Positions 32,980 to 45,479 of a DNA stretch of 64,000 nucleotides are shown piece after piece. Where the stretch lies: NCBI GenBank assembly GCA_038496445.1, contig JALMLS010000585.1:62001-126000 (forward strand), in the 5' to 3' direction. Within the stretch, counting starts at the first letter, position 1, and each line of letters opens with the position of its first letter. The DNA is from Trichosphaerium sp. ATCC 40318. Its lineage: Eukaryota > Protista > Tubulinea. The notes below the pieces were generated by a model that worked only from the letters and a program-made list of their open reading frames with translations, was not told the origin of the DNA and did no database searches. Position numbers and translations under genes: made by a program.

Positions 32980-33871
32980 AATAAACAATTTTCTTTTTCA
33001 GACTTGAGAATCAGAGGAAGCGAAGACGTAAAGGAAGAAAACGAAAAAAATGAAAATGTCATGATACACAAAGTAGGCTTTTGTAACTTCCAGAGGCAAT
33101 GCAATTACGCCTAGTTCTATTCTTCTCGTCATTTCTTGCTGGTTTTTGAGTGTAAAAAAATCGAATTTGTGTTGTACGGCGTATTGCCTTGGAACTCTCT
33201 TGGTGTGCTAGCAATAATATCACGTTAGAACGTAGCGCTTTTGGCACGTGCATATGAAACTCATACAGTTGATTTCTGTGCGTACTAGTTTTTTGTTACG
33301 CTAATAAACGTTGTTGGCATTTTCATAGCGTTCGCAGTGGTTACTGTTAACAGAAATTCTGTGTATTTTAATTACCGCTAAGAACTGATACCACACGCGT
33401 TATTAGCAATAAGGAAGCTACCGCTACATTTGTAGATACTTTTTTTTTGGTGGAACAGAGTTCCTCCGGCTTGAACGAATGTACTACGCATGGACGCCAT
33501 TTTCACCGCTGCGTTGCAGAACTGTGTACTTGTTTTAACAAATTTGAACATAAATTCATGAGGAAGTAACGTAGCCTGCTAACGTTCCAAAATACGCGTA
33601 TACAACGTATTTTTAACATCATTCAAGTTTTGGGCTCGAACATGGTTCATTCCCACCAAAACGTATGCATCGCTGTCCTACATATTTTACATACGCGGAC
33701 ATACGTGTAACACCAATTTCGCTAATAGTTAGGCGGAAAATAAGGCGAAAATAGAGCGAAATTTCCCTTAGAACAGACGGAAAACTTACAAGTTACGCAA
33801 TTTTCTTGATTTTCAGCGATTAGAATTGTATCCACACCTTCTCTCTCTCAAAACAAATACATAAAAACACA

Positions 33872-36609
33872 ATGGCTGAAACACCAAAGAAACCTGCTGT
33901 CGGTATCGATCTCGGTACGTAATCTGCACTTCACACGCTTCAAAACGCACTTTCATAACACTACGCTGGTTCCTCGCAAGTTGCTGACCCCCTTTAGGAA
34001 CCACATACTCCTGCGTAGGTGTATGGCAAAACGACCGTGTCGAGATTATCCCAAATGACCAAGGTAATCGTACCACACCATCATACGTCGCTTTCACAGA
34101 CCAAGGTAAGATCTCCCTCACGTCCCTTTTCCACTTTTTCTCAACCTTCTCTAGAGCGTCTTGTTGGTGATGCCGCTAAGAACCAAGGTGCCCTTAACCC
34201 AGAAAACACAGTTTTGTACGTTTTTACGAGCCACTTTGCAATAAAAAAGCAATTCTTATTTATATTTTCCGTAGCGATGCTAAGCGTCTTATTGGCCGTC
34301 GCTTCGATGAGCCTTCAGTTACCGCTGATCGTAAACACTGGCCTTTTGAGGTTATCAAAAAGGAGGGTGGTAAAACCGCTATTTCGGTACGTATATTATA
34401 CCAACTTTCTCTCTCTACAAAAAATAAAACCCGCATAAAACGACGTAGACGCTCCTTGAGCGTTTTTCTCTTTTACCTATTTTTCAATTAATACGCGGGT
34501 TTTTCCACGCCATCATGATGTTTTATTTCCTATGGTATTTGAGTTTTTATGATTTTAAACAATACTTTCTGATGTGCATTGCCGGAAAAATAGTAGAAAT
34601 TAAGCCCTTCTCTACAAAAAAAAGAAGAAAGTTCGGGTTTCGTTCGAAGGCTTTTTTTTTCCTAATTTTTCCGTCCTTGCACTGTCGGTGGTGAGCCCTT
34701 TATGGCGTTAGAAACCTTTTTGTTGTTGCTTTCGGAATGATGTACTGATACTCTTCTTAAGGTCACCTTCAAAGGAGAAAAGAAATCTTTCTACCCAGAA
34801 GAAATCTCCTCAATGGTCTTGAACAAAATGAAGGATATTGCTGAAAACTTCTTGGGTCACTCCGTAGACTCTGCTGTTATCACAGTCCCAGCTTACTTTA
34901 ACGACTCCCAAAGACAAGCTACAAAAGATGCCGGTACTATCTCTGGTCTTAACGTATTGCGTATCATCAACGAACCAACTGCCGCTGCTATCGCATACGG
35001 TTTGGATAAAGCCGGTACCGGTGAGAAGAACGTACTTATCTTCGATCTCGGTGGTGGTACTTTCGATGTATCCCTCTTGACCATTGATGACGGTATCTTC
35101 GAAGTAAAAGCTACTGCTGGTGATACCCATCTTGGTGGTGAAGATTTCGATAACCGTCTTGTAAGCTACTTCTGCGACCAATTCAAGCGTAAACACAAAA
35201 AAGATCTCTCAAGCAACGCACGTGCTTCACGCCGTCTCAGAACAGCTTGCGAAAGAGCAAAGAGAACTTTGTCTACCGCTACACAAGTACGTACAATTTT
35301 TTTTTCGAACTTTTTTGTTTTCTGTTGTGAAGCGTCAAGTGCTTATTTCTTCTCTCGTAGGCTTCAATTGAAATCGACTCCTTGTTCGAAGGTATCGACT
35401 TTTACACTAGCATCACCCGTGCTCGTTTTGAAGAACTCAACATGGATCTATTCCGCTCTTGCCTCGAGCCTGTCTCAAAGGTCCTCAGAGACTCAAAGAT
35501 CGACAGAAACAACGTCCACGATATTGTCCTCGTCGGTGGTTCCACACGTATCCCAAAGGTGCAACAACTCTTGAAGGATCACTTCAACGGTAAAGAATTG
35601 AACAAGTCAATCAACCCTGATGAAGCCGTCGCATACGGTGCCGCTATCCAAGCTGCTGTATTGTCCGGATACAAGGGCGAGAAACTCGACGAAATCCTAC
35701 TCCTCGATGTCGCTCCACTATCAATGGGTCTCGAGACAGCCGGTGGTGTTATGACCACTTTGATCCCAAGAAACACAACCATTCCAACAAAGAAGCAACA
35801 AGTTTTCTCCACTTTCGCTGATAACCAACCTGGTGTATTGATCCAAGTATTCGAAGGTGAACGTGCCATGACAAAGGATAACAACTTGCTCGGAAAATTC
35901 GAATTGACCGGTATTCCACCTGCTCCTCGTGGTGTACCACAAATCGAAGTTACTTTCGATATTGATGCCAATGGTATCCTCCAAGTCAACGCTCTTGACA
36001 AAACAACTGGTAAATCTAACAAGATTGTTATTACCAACGACAAGGGCCGTTTGTCTAAGGATGAGATTGAACGTATGGTCAACGAAGCCGAGAAATTCAA
36101 AGATGAAGATTCAAAGGCCAAAACACGTGTTGAAGCCAAGAACAACCTTGAGAACTACGCATACTCTTTGCGTAACGCTATCAAAGAAGAGAAAGTTGCT
36201 GATAAATTGTCTGAAGAAGATAAGAAACTCATCAACGACTCTGTCGATGATGCTCTTAAATGGTACGTTAAAGAACTTTTTCTTCTTCTTTTTACTGTAA
36301 CAATGTATTGACTTCTTTATCCTTAGGCTCGAGACCAACCAATTCGCTGAAGAAGACGAATATGAAGCAAAACGTAAAGAAATGGAAGAAAAGTGCACAC
36401 CTGTCATGGTCAAACTTTACCAACAAGGAGGTGCTCCAGGCGGTATGCCAGGTGGTATGCCTGGTGGTATGCCAGGCGGTATGCCAGGCGGTTTCCCAGG
36501 TGGTATGCCAGGCGGTATGCCAGGCGGTATGCCAGGTGGTGCTCCTGCCGGTGCTGATGGTGGTTCTGGTCCATCTGCCAGCGTACCAACCGTTGAAGAA
36601 GTCGATTAA
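33872..36609 (+). CDS. HSP70: Cytosolic HSP70/HSC70 (multi-exon)
   Basis: [45 protein letters not shown] repeats, C-terminal PTVEEVD. Confidence 0.98.
34511..34575 (+). ncRNA. Candidate intronic box C/D snoRNA in HSP70 intron (34387-34761)
   Basis: ATGATGT (C, 34515), TTGA (D', 34539), ATGATT (C', 34549), CTGA (D, 34569) in canonical order and compact spacing, inside an unusually long intron. No target identified. Confidence 0.4.
36438..36540 (+). repeat. 12-bp coding tandem repeat (GGMP)n in HSP70 tail
   Basis: Repeated ccagg(c/t)ggtatg units. Confidence 0.9.
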
Positions 36610-37036
36610 ACATGTAAACCAACAAAGGACTGTAACTGTTGTTTAATAGATACCAATTTTCCATTTGTACAAACACGTGTTAGTTCTTTTTCTTTCTCTT
36701 TCGTGGATATCCACAACGGTTTATTCCACTTTTTACTGTTGATAAAAATGTTTTTTTTTTATTTAGAGTGAAACTATCTAACTTTAGAATAAATAACTGC
36801 AGTTCCTCGCAACGTGCTTGGGTGAGCATGTTATTTGACTTGCATTTGTTGGCTTGAATGGCTAGTATTAGCAATAAGAGCAAAAACCTTAGCGTCACGT
36901 AGCTAAGATAACTCATCGTTACCAGTGTATAATATTCTGTAGTTTATTTGCTCGACAACAGTCACGTGTCGTAAATCAAGCTGAAACATTAGAGAAAAAG
37001 ACTTTATTCGCTACAACTTTTTTAATGCCATATGAT

Positions 37037-37344
37037 TCAAACAACATACTCCACGGATTCTTCATTTTCTTCATATTCCCTTCTCTTCAAGTTTCTCCAC
37101 GTGAAGAAGCCTACAAAACCAGCAGCTATCAATGCTTCTACGAGAATCGTTACAACCCCAGTGTACCAAAATCTTGTCGTAAACCATAATATGTTACCAA
37201 CAATAACATAAACAACGTTGTGGCTATAATATAGAGGACAAAGATAGCCAAAAATGAAAGCATTGATGTTTTTTTAACACTGCTATTGTCCTGTGGATTT
37301 ATTGTTCTTGCCACTGCGTATACAAGAGCGACTTCATAGCACAT
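37037..37344 (-). pseudogene. Frameshifted paralogue of the small membrane protein at 61851-62156
   Basis: Aligns over its full length to 61851-62156 but needs one extra base near 37181-37183 to reach ...ILVEALIAAGFVGFFTWRNLKRREYEENEESVEYVV*. Confidence 0.6.
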
Positions 37345-37677
37345 GATTTAATCCGAGTCCGTTATTTTTCTTGGGGTTTGAGGAGATATGGGGTAAACGT
37401 TTTGCTGGATAATAGTTGCCTTATTCCAGTTAAGTAAGCCCATAATTAAAATGTGGTTTGATAGCTGAGATTACTTTCGTGTTCAGATTTAGGTAACCAA
37501 GATATAGAGTTACATGGAGGGCTACGCTAGATATGCTTTACATTCTATCAGAACGGTTGTAGTCACTAATCAAGAAGTAATTTATTGTTGTCTTTGTTTT
37601 GTCTTAAAACCACAATAGCTTTACTCTACACGTGAGGACCAAGTTCTTTTTTTTGTAGTTGGTTGGATTTGTAAGCT

Positions 37678-38494
37678 TTATTCTTCTAGCGAAGAGTGAA
37701 TGATTACATTTTCTCCTAGTGCTTTGATCCCTTCATCAGTCACATTGTCACAATCTTCAACATTAATTTCGAAAGCACCTGCTAGTTCTTTAATTCCTTT
37801 GTCTGTAACATCAGTACATCCCAAAGCTATAGTATGTGCACCAGAAAGGTATTTTAATCCTTTGTCCGTAACTGAAGTACAACTAAGGTCGATGGTGTGA
37901 ACGCCTGTCAGCGCTTTAATGCCTTTATCTGTTACTGACTTACAATAACAAAGTTTGATGCTATGAACGCCTTCAAGTGCTTTTAATCCTTTGTCTGTAA
38001 CTGCAGTAGAACTAAGGTCAATTGTATGAACGCCTGCCAGTGCTATTATCCCTTCATCAGTCACTCTACAACAGTTGAGAATAGAAATAGTATGGACACT
38101 TTTAAGTGCTTTAATGCCTTCATCAGTGACTGAGGTATAACCAAGTTTAATACAATGAACATGTTTAAGTTCTTTTAGATCACTATCATTTATATTAGAT
38201 GCATTTGCAGATATGTTACGGCATCCTTGTAATAATGAGTAGAAAGTAGAATCAATTTTTCCTAGTTTGATAGTAGTGTTATCCATTATTCCCTTGTACT
38301 GTCTTATCTTCAAAATATCTGATACTGATGATAGACGAATCTTCTTGTACCCAACAACATCATGAATAATGTTAGCCATAAGACAACATGATTGAGCAAC
38401 AGAAAACCTTGTTTTTGCTTCTGTATGATGTAGAATGTTCGAAATAACTTCTGGAGGAAAATCAACAACGTTTAGTTCCTTGCATGCCGCTGTC
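37678..38494 (-). CDS. F-box/LRR protein (5' end uncertain)
   Basis: The frame is open upstream of the annotated ATG and encodes F-box VVDFPPEVISNILHHTEAKTRFSVAQSC, followed by regular VHTIDLSxTxVTDKGLKALxG repeats. Confidence 0.85.
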
Positions 38495-38656
38495 CTTTGA
38501 TGATGATGTTATTATGAAATATCTTTGATTGAGGGAGTTGCACGAAATTGATTAGAGCCACGATTGACTACAAAAGAGCTCCAAAAGAAAGCATTTCGAA
38601 GAAATAGAACATGCCGCCTATTGCGAAATGTAGTGCAAACCCACGTGAGCACATGG

Positions 38657-38941
38657 TCAATATTGTTGGACGTACTCTCTTTTATTTTTGGACTTAGCAG
38701 GCTCTAAGTTGTTAGAATGTTCTTCATGCTTAGCATTTGTTGCGTTTTCAATGTTATTCACGTGAGCTGAAAGCACTTGATCAAGTTGATTAATAATGGT
38801 CGTATTTACGTCATTAATGATACTCTCAACCTGTTTTACGAATGATTGGTGTTGTTTAGCAATAATTTTACTAAACTCGTCTGCATGGTGCTTGCGGTAG
38901 TATGCTAGAGCTTGGTCAATTGAAACACGACAGAAATCCAT
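38657..38941 (-). CDS. Helical ORF, possibly an upstream exon of the adjacent F-box/LRR gene
   Basis: Protein-like amphipathic sequence. A GTACGT donor at 38675 is phase-compatible with the AG at 38496-38495. Confidence 0.4.
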   Translation of the reverse strand: MDFCRVSIDQALAYYRKHHADEFSKIIAKQHQSFVKQVESIINDVNTTIINQLDQVLSAHVNNIENATNAKHEEHSNNLEPAKSKNKREYVQQY

Positions 38942-39439
38942 GATTTGCTTGAATATGCTGGCTTTCTAAGGCTGTTGTACGTCTGGTTGACTTAACACGG
39001 TCCGAAGAATTAAGCCAAATGGTGCAGCTTATTTTTGTCACACAATTTTTCTTTTAACATTGCCTACTAAGCAGCTTCAGTCAGGATTTTTCCTTCATCT
39101 GTATTGAGCTAAAGTATCAGGTCAAATCCATAGTGCTTTCCAGTTTTAGTGATAGTCTTGTTCATCTACTGTAGGGGTATAAACTTACGCTTGGTATTAG
39201 CAACTGATATGTTAAAAACAGTACCAATAATAAGTCATCTTCAAGCAGTACTGTTCATTTGTACACTCACAAATTGTTAATATACTGTTGCCTAGGGAGA
39301 TTAAGTATTGTTTGACAATAAGATTAAAATACAAGTGACTGTGATATCACTGTTGTACATTGTGTTTTATTTCAGTTTTGTATTTTTTCTTACATTCCAT
39401 CTGAAGTATGCTTTTTCTGTTTTCCTTTTTCAAGTCTTT

Positions 39440-40114
39440 TCAGGGGCCTGGACGAGTTAACAAATAACCAAGTACCCCACCGAAAAGCCCAATAATGAAG
39501 AGGCATAAGAAAATAAGACAGAGTATAGCAGCGAGTCTAAAAACAGGCATCAATAGTCTGAACTGCAAATAGCTTTGTACAAAGAAACAAGGTGTAGAAA
39601 GAAAGCTTACTTTTTAGCTGGATTTGAGGTACGGATAAAGATACTGCCCGCAAACCAGAAAAGAGGCATAATGAACCCAAGACCAAATCTACAATTAGTC
39701 AAACCTGTTATGTTGTTGATATTAGACGTACAACCACCACACTCCGCCAGACCCAGCGCACCAGTTTTTAGATTCGCTACTACTATTGAAAATAAGCATG
39801 ACACATTACACCCTTTTTTTGAAGAGCCAGAACAAAGAGGTATTTTAATATTAATGAAAGACGTATTTCCCTTTTTGTTCGGGTTTTTAAGAAGAAGAAT
39901 TTTGGTTATACCCTACAGCAGGAGCTGGTAGTGGGGCATCGACATTGTCATATTCTTGAACTGTGTCCACTCCATACACTGGTGGTGGGTACTGTTGTTG
40001 AGGAGACGGGTCATAGGACTGTTCAGGGGCTTCCTCTTCGGGAGAGCCAATACCAGCATCAACGTTGTATTGTTCAGAAGTTTCTTGAGGCTCTATATTA
40101 TACGGTGTATCCAT
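39440..40114 (-). CDS. Small membrane protein with Pro/Gln/Tyr-rich N-terminus and C-terminal TM helices (spliced)
   Basis: QQQYPPPVYG...; WCAGSGGVWWLFGLGFIMPLFWFAGSIF; LAAILCLIFLCLFIIGLFGGVLGYLL; GT-AG introns in phase. Confidence 0.65.
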
Positions 40115-40905
40115 CTGTTGCTACCTTCGGGCTACAGTTCCTTTTTTGAGTTCATCATCACAAAAGGATTTACGCATCAAGTACCCGAAGCCCCATTTTA
40201 GTCTCTGTAGGATGAGAAGCACATAGGAGCCTCCTTACCCTTAAAAGAAAACTAAAAAACTACATAGTGTGTCTGGTAGTAATTATTTAGTTTGTTTTTT
40301 GCTATCAGATATTTATAAATACGCATAGTAAGTATAGTACACGTGTACACGTGCAATTTTTTTTTTTAACGGGTGGACCCATATTTTTTGCGGGTATGGC
40401 AAGTTTTAACAGAATGAGGTAAAACAACGACATGTCACATCACGCCACGCTGTTTTATTTATAAAGCAATATAACCTTTATTGCTGACGAGAGTAAGAAA
40501 GGTTAGATTAACCTGTCTATCAAGAATAATCTGATTAATATCATACATAAAATTTTGTAGTTTTCCATCTGCGGGCTGCACCTATTTATTCGCGGATGAC
40601 CTAAACCATCTGGTTGATATATCGATGTTTCACAACCAACTATTCAGGGATGCAGCTAGGATGGTGCTCTCAGTTTATCGTACGCTACCTAATAGTAATT
40701 TCTGCTAGTAGATGCACTTTATGTAAACTACTTTACAACATTTCTGGTAGCCTATGGTGTTGTTTTTTTTCATGGGATTTGGAAGCGTATCTACAAGCAC
40801 ATAGAGGTAAGAACAAAAAAGCAGAATAGAAGTATACAAGTATGAAAAGAACTGAAAAGAACTGAAGTTTAGGTTGGACTTTAATGCTAATGTGTTTTTA
40901 TTTGT

Positions 40906-41913
40906 TCACATTTGTTTTTCTTCCATGTCTTCTAGTTCTTCTAATGTTTTAGAATGGAAAGCATTTGTCACATTCGATTGTCTCAGAGGCCAAGGTAGTA
41001 CAATGCGTCTTAATGGAGGAACAAAAAAAGCGGCCAAGCAAAAACCTGCAATCGCCTAGAGATCATAAGCCTAATTACTATGCTTCAAGTCATACCACAA
41101 TTAAGATGCCTGCTGTTACACCAACAGCAACGCCTATCATAAAATTACTCTGACACTTATCTGGAGCAGATACCAAGGATAACCTAAATATGTTAGAACA
41201 TAAATAAACAAAATCTGAGGTTTCAACAGTACTCTCGCTATCAGTTACTAGGTAGGTTCTGAAAAATGGTTGTAAAACGCAATACTTGTTTTATACAAGA
41301 ATCCAAGGCGTTGTGATGACGTTTCAAACTCAGGTTTTGCCGTTTTGAATAGCAAGCGTTTACTTACACATTATCACTTGTTACCATCTCTGTACACTTG
41401 TCCCCTTCGACACCTACGTCTCCTTCAAGGCAAGGACACTCAATAATGTCAAAGCTATTGTCTGTATCCATGTCAACGTTAGAAACATCAATGATAAAGG
41501 AAGCGTTTGGCATTATTGTCATACACCCTAACAAAGGGATAAATACGGTTATAGTTCGTGTGTCCCTTTTCTTACCCTTAACATGAAGTGCAGTATCTTT
41601 TGTGCTGCTTACAACGAACCGTACGCTGCCTTGCACTGTAAAATTACCCAAGACTGTAACTGGTTTATCAATGATAATACGACAAGTATTCATAAGATTC
41701 GCAGTGCTACAATTACAAAATGAACTGTTGCTCGTAATACAATCTATGCAAACCGAACTGCTACATCCTTTAACAACACGTGTAAGCAAGCGACACTACT
41801 ATTTTTTTCGAAAACTTGTTATTGAAATCAATGCACGTACCAGGCGTGGGTGTACAGGTTATGATCACAAACAAAGATAGAAATAACATGTTGTGGATAT
41901 TTAGGTTCTTCAT
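40906..41913 (-). CDS. Cys-rich type I membrane/surface protein (spliced)
   Basis: Signal peptide, Cys-rich beta ectodomain (41364-41789), TM FMIGVAVGVTAGILIVAIAGFCLAAFFVPPLRR, short acidic tail. Confidence 0.65.
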
Positions 41914-43044
41914 ATTTAATAGTCTGGGTTGCTTGCTACGTAGTACTATTACGTCATTTAGTTAAATTCTTATTATGACAACAAGCTGTTTAAAAAATCT
42001 GGCGGTTGGCTAATACGCACAACAATGGCAAAGAAAAAAAATGTGAAATGAGATGAGCTGTTGTAGTAGTTCCAAGTTACATCAACTGACGTTTTCTTTA
42101 AAATTTTCTAGTTTTTCAGAAATTAATAAAACTTTGTCGTAAAAGGAGTAGAAAACAAGTCCCTATAAACAATGTCAATATAATTATACAGGTACCATTT
42201 AAGAAATAATCTTCGTACAATCACGTGACAGCGAAAACAGCTTTCAAAAAAAAATGACACAATCCAACAGTTTGACGCAAAGGGCACGTATTTAAATACT
42301 ACTAAATAACTACCATTTATATACATTAATAGCTACGTTCGAATTCACACCGGAGAAATAAGGATCATGACGTGTTCAAACGTTACAACCTAATCTGCTT
42401 ATTATCTCGTTTTATTTACATATAATTAGTCTATAGACTTATTGTCTTGGTCACTGGAGTTATTAGTAAAAAAAAGAACACGTGATCCATAAATCGGGTA
42501 ATAGTTATGGGTTTTGCGAACAACTCAAGAATCTCTGCGACATTTTTTTTTCAACAAGCAGCGAGCGCCATGGCACTCAGTTTATTCACAAATCATGGAA
42601 CTGCGTGCAAGTGTTGTAAATAACATTTGTTGCGTTAATCAGATTCATAGTAATGAGCTTGCGTTATGAATGAAAAATAAGAATAATCGAAGTAGCTAAA
42701 TTACTTGGTTACTAATTGCTTTTCATACATTAGTCCTGCTTTTTTTTGGCTGCCACGTAATCAGTCAAAAAGTTTTGCACTTTGATTGGTTGATTTCTAC
42801 TGGATTTGTGGGTTTTTGACTGGAAGTGATAAAAAACAGCTTTCCTGTCAACTGCATACAAATAAAAGCTCCTCAAAATCCTGTGTCACTAAACACACAG
42901 TCATGGGTATGCCGCTCAGAGACTATGACTATGAATTGCTTGAATTCATAACAAGAACATTACTATAAAGTCTTTGATAGATTAGTTAGTACGCTAATGG
43001 CTACAACCACTTGCCAGCTGTAAACAAATTCTGGTATTTCTATT

Positions 43045-43175
43045 CACAGCTAATTCACAAGAAGATGTTTGTAGCCAAGCAACGTCTACATTATTGGTAA
43101 TTGTGCCTGCATTGTCAGGAGTTTTTACTTTTATGTTTATATCATTGGCAGAAGGTATATTCAAAAAGTACCTGT
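43045..43175 (-). pseudogene. Remnant of the GPI surface-protein family at 48565/56668
   Basis: Encodes PSANDINIKVKTPDNAGTITNNVDVAWLQTSSCELAV, matching SSSNDVTKVKLPDNAANIPNNVDIAWLQTSSCGLAV. No other exons are recognisable. Confidence 0.7.
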
Positions 43176-43981
43176 GGAGATGCACAGGTTTCTGGAACCA
43201 GAATTCCTGATGTTCCAGAATTCCCCAAACGTCCAGAAACCTGTGCATCCTTGTTGCAAAACGAGCATTTCTAGACATATTCAGATGGTTACCAGTTGTG
43301 ATTGTTTGTAAAAACATACGGCACACCAAATACAGAATGGAAGAAAGCCACAAGCGCAAATAGTACGTACTTGCTCTTCGTTTGGGCTAGTTAAACGATA
43401 AAGAAAATATCACTTTGCTAAGAATTCTACAATTCCAGCTTGTGTTAAACGATACTCACATACATTCGCTTGCATAAAGAAGAAAGAGTTTACCAAAAAC
43501 AGTGCGTTTTAACAAGTTGTGGTTGTTTTTGGTTGGATCCAATTCACACTTGAAGTACTTCCGCAGTAGTACTTTTAAAACACTGTACAGTAGCGTCAAA
43601 ATGGAACTCAGGGGTTTTCCGAAAAGATGACTAGAGTTATTTTAATTTCTGTTCAGGTCAGTGTATACGTCTCAACGCCAAACATGTGGCGATACGGCTA
43701 CTAATTTTCGCTATTGAGTAGGAAAACCACAAAGTTTGGGTTTTGACTAGGTAGATGCGGCAAATAGTTTGCTGCAACGCTTGTGCACTATCGTCTACGT
43801 CATCAACTGCGACTTAAGTAAATGGTACGGAATAATGCCGAGAAAGAAATAATTGCATATAATAGTAATCTATGATGGTTTGTTTTGGTTCCCGGTAGTC
43901 TTATCCCAAATTGGTTTTGGTCCACAACCTTTTTTGCCCAACAACTTCCCGATTAAGAATCAAATTTCAAAAAAACATACA

Positions 43982-44221
43982 ATGAAGACCGCAACTCTCT
44001 CTATTCTCTTAGTCGTAGCACTTTTGGTTTTAGTTTCACTTGTAGAAGCTAGACGTTCTACAAGCGAACGTTCAACATTAAAACGAGATGTAGAGTACAG
44101 GCAACGTCGCTTATGTTGTTGCCCAAAGAAACCTGGCTATTGTGAGAATAAACACCCATATTATCCGTGCAAACACTTTCAAACAGCTACATGGGGCACA
44201 TGTGCCAACAAATGGGCCTAA
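43982..44221 (+). CDS. Small secreted cysteine-rich prepropeptide (79 aa)
   Basis: Signal peptide MKTATLSILLVVALLVLVSLVEA, pro-region with RR/KR/RQRR sites, 6-Cys mature region. Preceded by aaacataca-ATG and followed by aataaa. Confidence 0.75.
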   Translation: MKTATLSILLVVALLVLVSLVEARRSTSERSTLKRDVEYRQRRLCCCPKKPGYCENKHPYYPCKHFQTATWGTCANKWA

Positions 44222-44790
44222 TATGCTTAATAAACTACCTTTTGTATTACGACTGTCTATTTTACAAAATTACGCCTTACTAGGTCAATTTACGAGTTGC
44301 GACGAGCTACCCAAGCGCATGTTGGTATAATTAAAGTCGCGAATGAAACGCGCAGTATCCATTTCATGTTATGTAGTCGACATCCACAAAACCAACTCTT
44401 TTCTTCGACTGACATTTTTTTCTGTGACTGTTTCCAATTCTACTTCAGTCCCATGCTATTGCTTGCTCATGAAATATCTTTTGGCGCCAGGTTTGTAGCC
44501 AACGACAGTGTCAATAGTGGTTGGGTTTGCTTTTCGCTACATAGATTACGCTTGATTAAGAAATGAGATATTCTGTTACATGGCGGTTTTGATACACCTT
44601 GCATATTGTAATCGCGTCTTTTGCTACCACATATTTAACCTTAGTAAAGGTGCAATTTTACTTAAAATAGGGCAAATCACGTGCAGCGGGAATTTACATT
44701 ATACTTTTATTTGTGAGTCTGAGCGGATGTTCCTTAAAAAGGTAAACAGTTGGACTGGGTGAGGTTTTGATGTAGCGTCTTTGAGTAAGA

Positions 44791-45330
44791 TTATTTTCTT
44801 TCCTCCGAATTAACATCAAACACTAACTGTTCAATGTGGTAGTGGAATTTGTCGCAGTTATTATGGATAGGTTGTTCAAGCTCATAAAAGGGATTCTTAA
44901 GTACATAGTCTGAAAATAATAGGTAAACCTTGCCTAGAAATGCGTCTAGATCCTTCTGTTTAGGATCTGAAATTACCAAAAATTTTGTTCCTGTTGGTGT
45001 CTGAAAACACTTGAGTTTTGTTGTTTCCGACTCTAATTCGTTCATTCCAGACGATACACCAGCTGCTGGAGAAACTTGAGCGGCAATTGCGTATACACTA
45101 AAGAATATGCCCGCTTGTTGTAAATAGTCGTTTGCATTGAGTCTGATGTGCGTGTCAACAAAGTCCTTTGGAGAATTAGTTCGTTTTTTGTTTGCTGAAG
45201 TGTAAAATATTCTCTTTGTACATATCCACGCGTTGTGGATTGAAAAAAGTGGTATTGGTTGTTAACGACGTACTTTTTGATATATTAAACCACCGGCCTT
45301 ATTAATAATGTAAACAGAGTACACAGGCAT
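44791..45330 (-). CDS. TRAPPC4: TRAPP complex subunit 4 (Trs23/synbindin); one intron
   Basis: MPVYSVYIINKAGGLIYQK; SVYAIAAQVSP; LKCFQTPTGTKFLVISDP; YLLFSDYVLKNPFYELEQPI. Confidence 0.93.
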
Positions 45331-45479
45331 CTTAGTTGCCGTCCACGTTGCTAATGTGACTAAAATCTGACACAAGCGCTACTTAACGCCTGGTTTAGTT
45401 TTATCACATCGTCGGCTACTGTACGTTGTGCCTACAGTGTAAAAGATGTTGGGCTGAGCTAATTGTTGTATAGCAAGAA

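Noticed and set aside
33000-33870. Heat-shock elements upstream of HSP70
   Set aside because: Only an isolated GAAnnTTC (~33758); no three-unit array.
34810-36145. Long antisense ORFs opposite HSP70
   Set aside because: Well-known by-product of HSP70 codon bias; no independent evidence.
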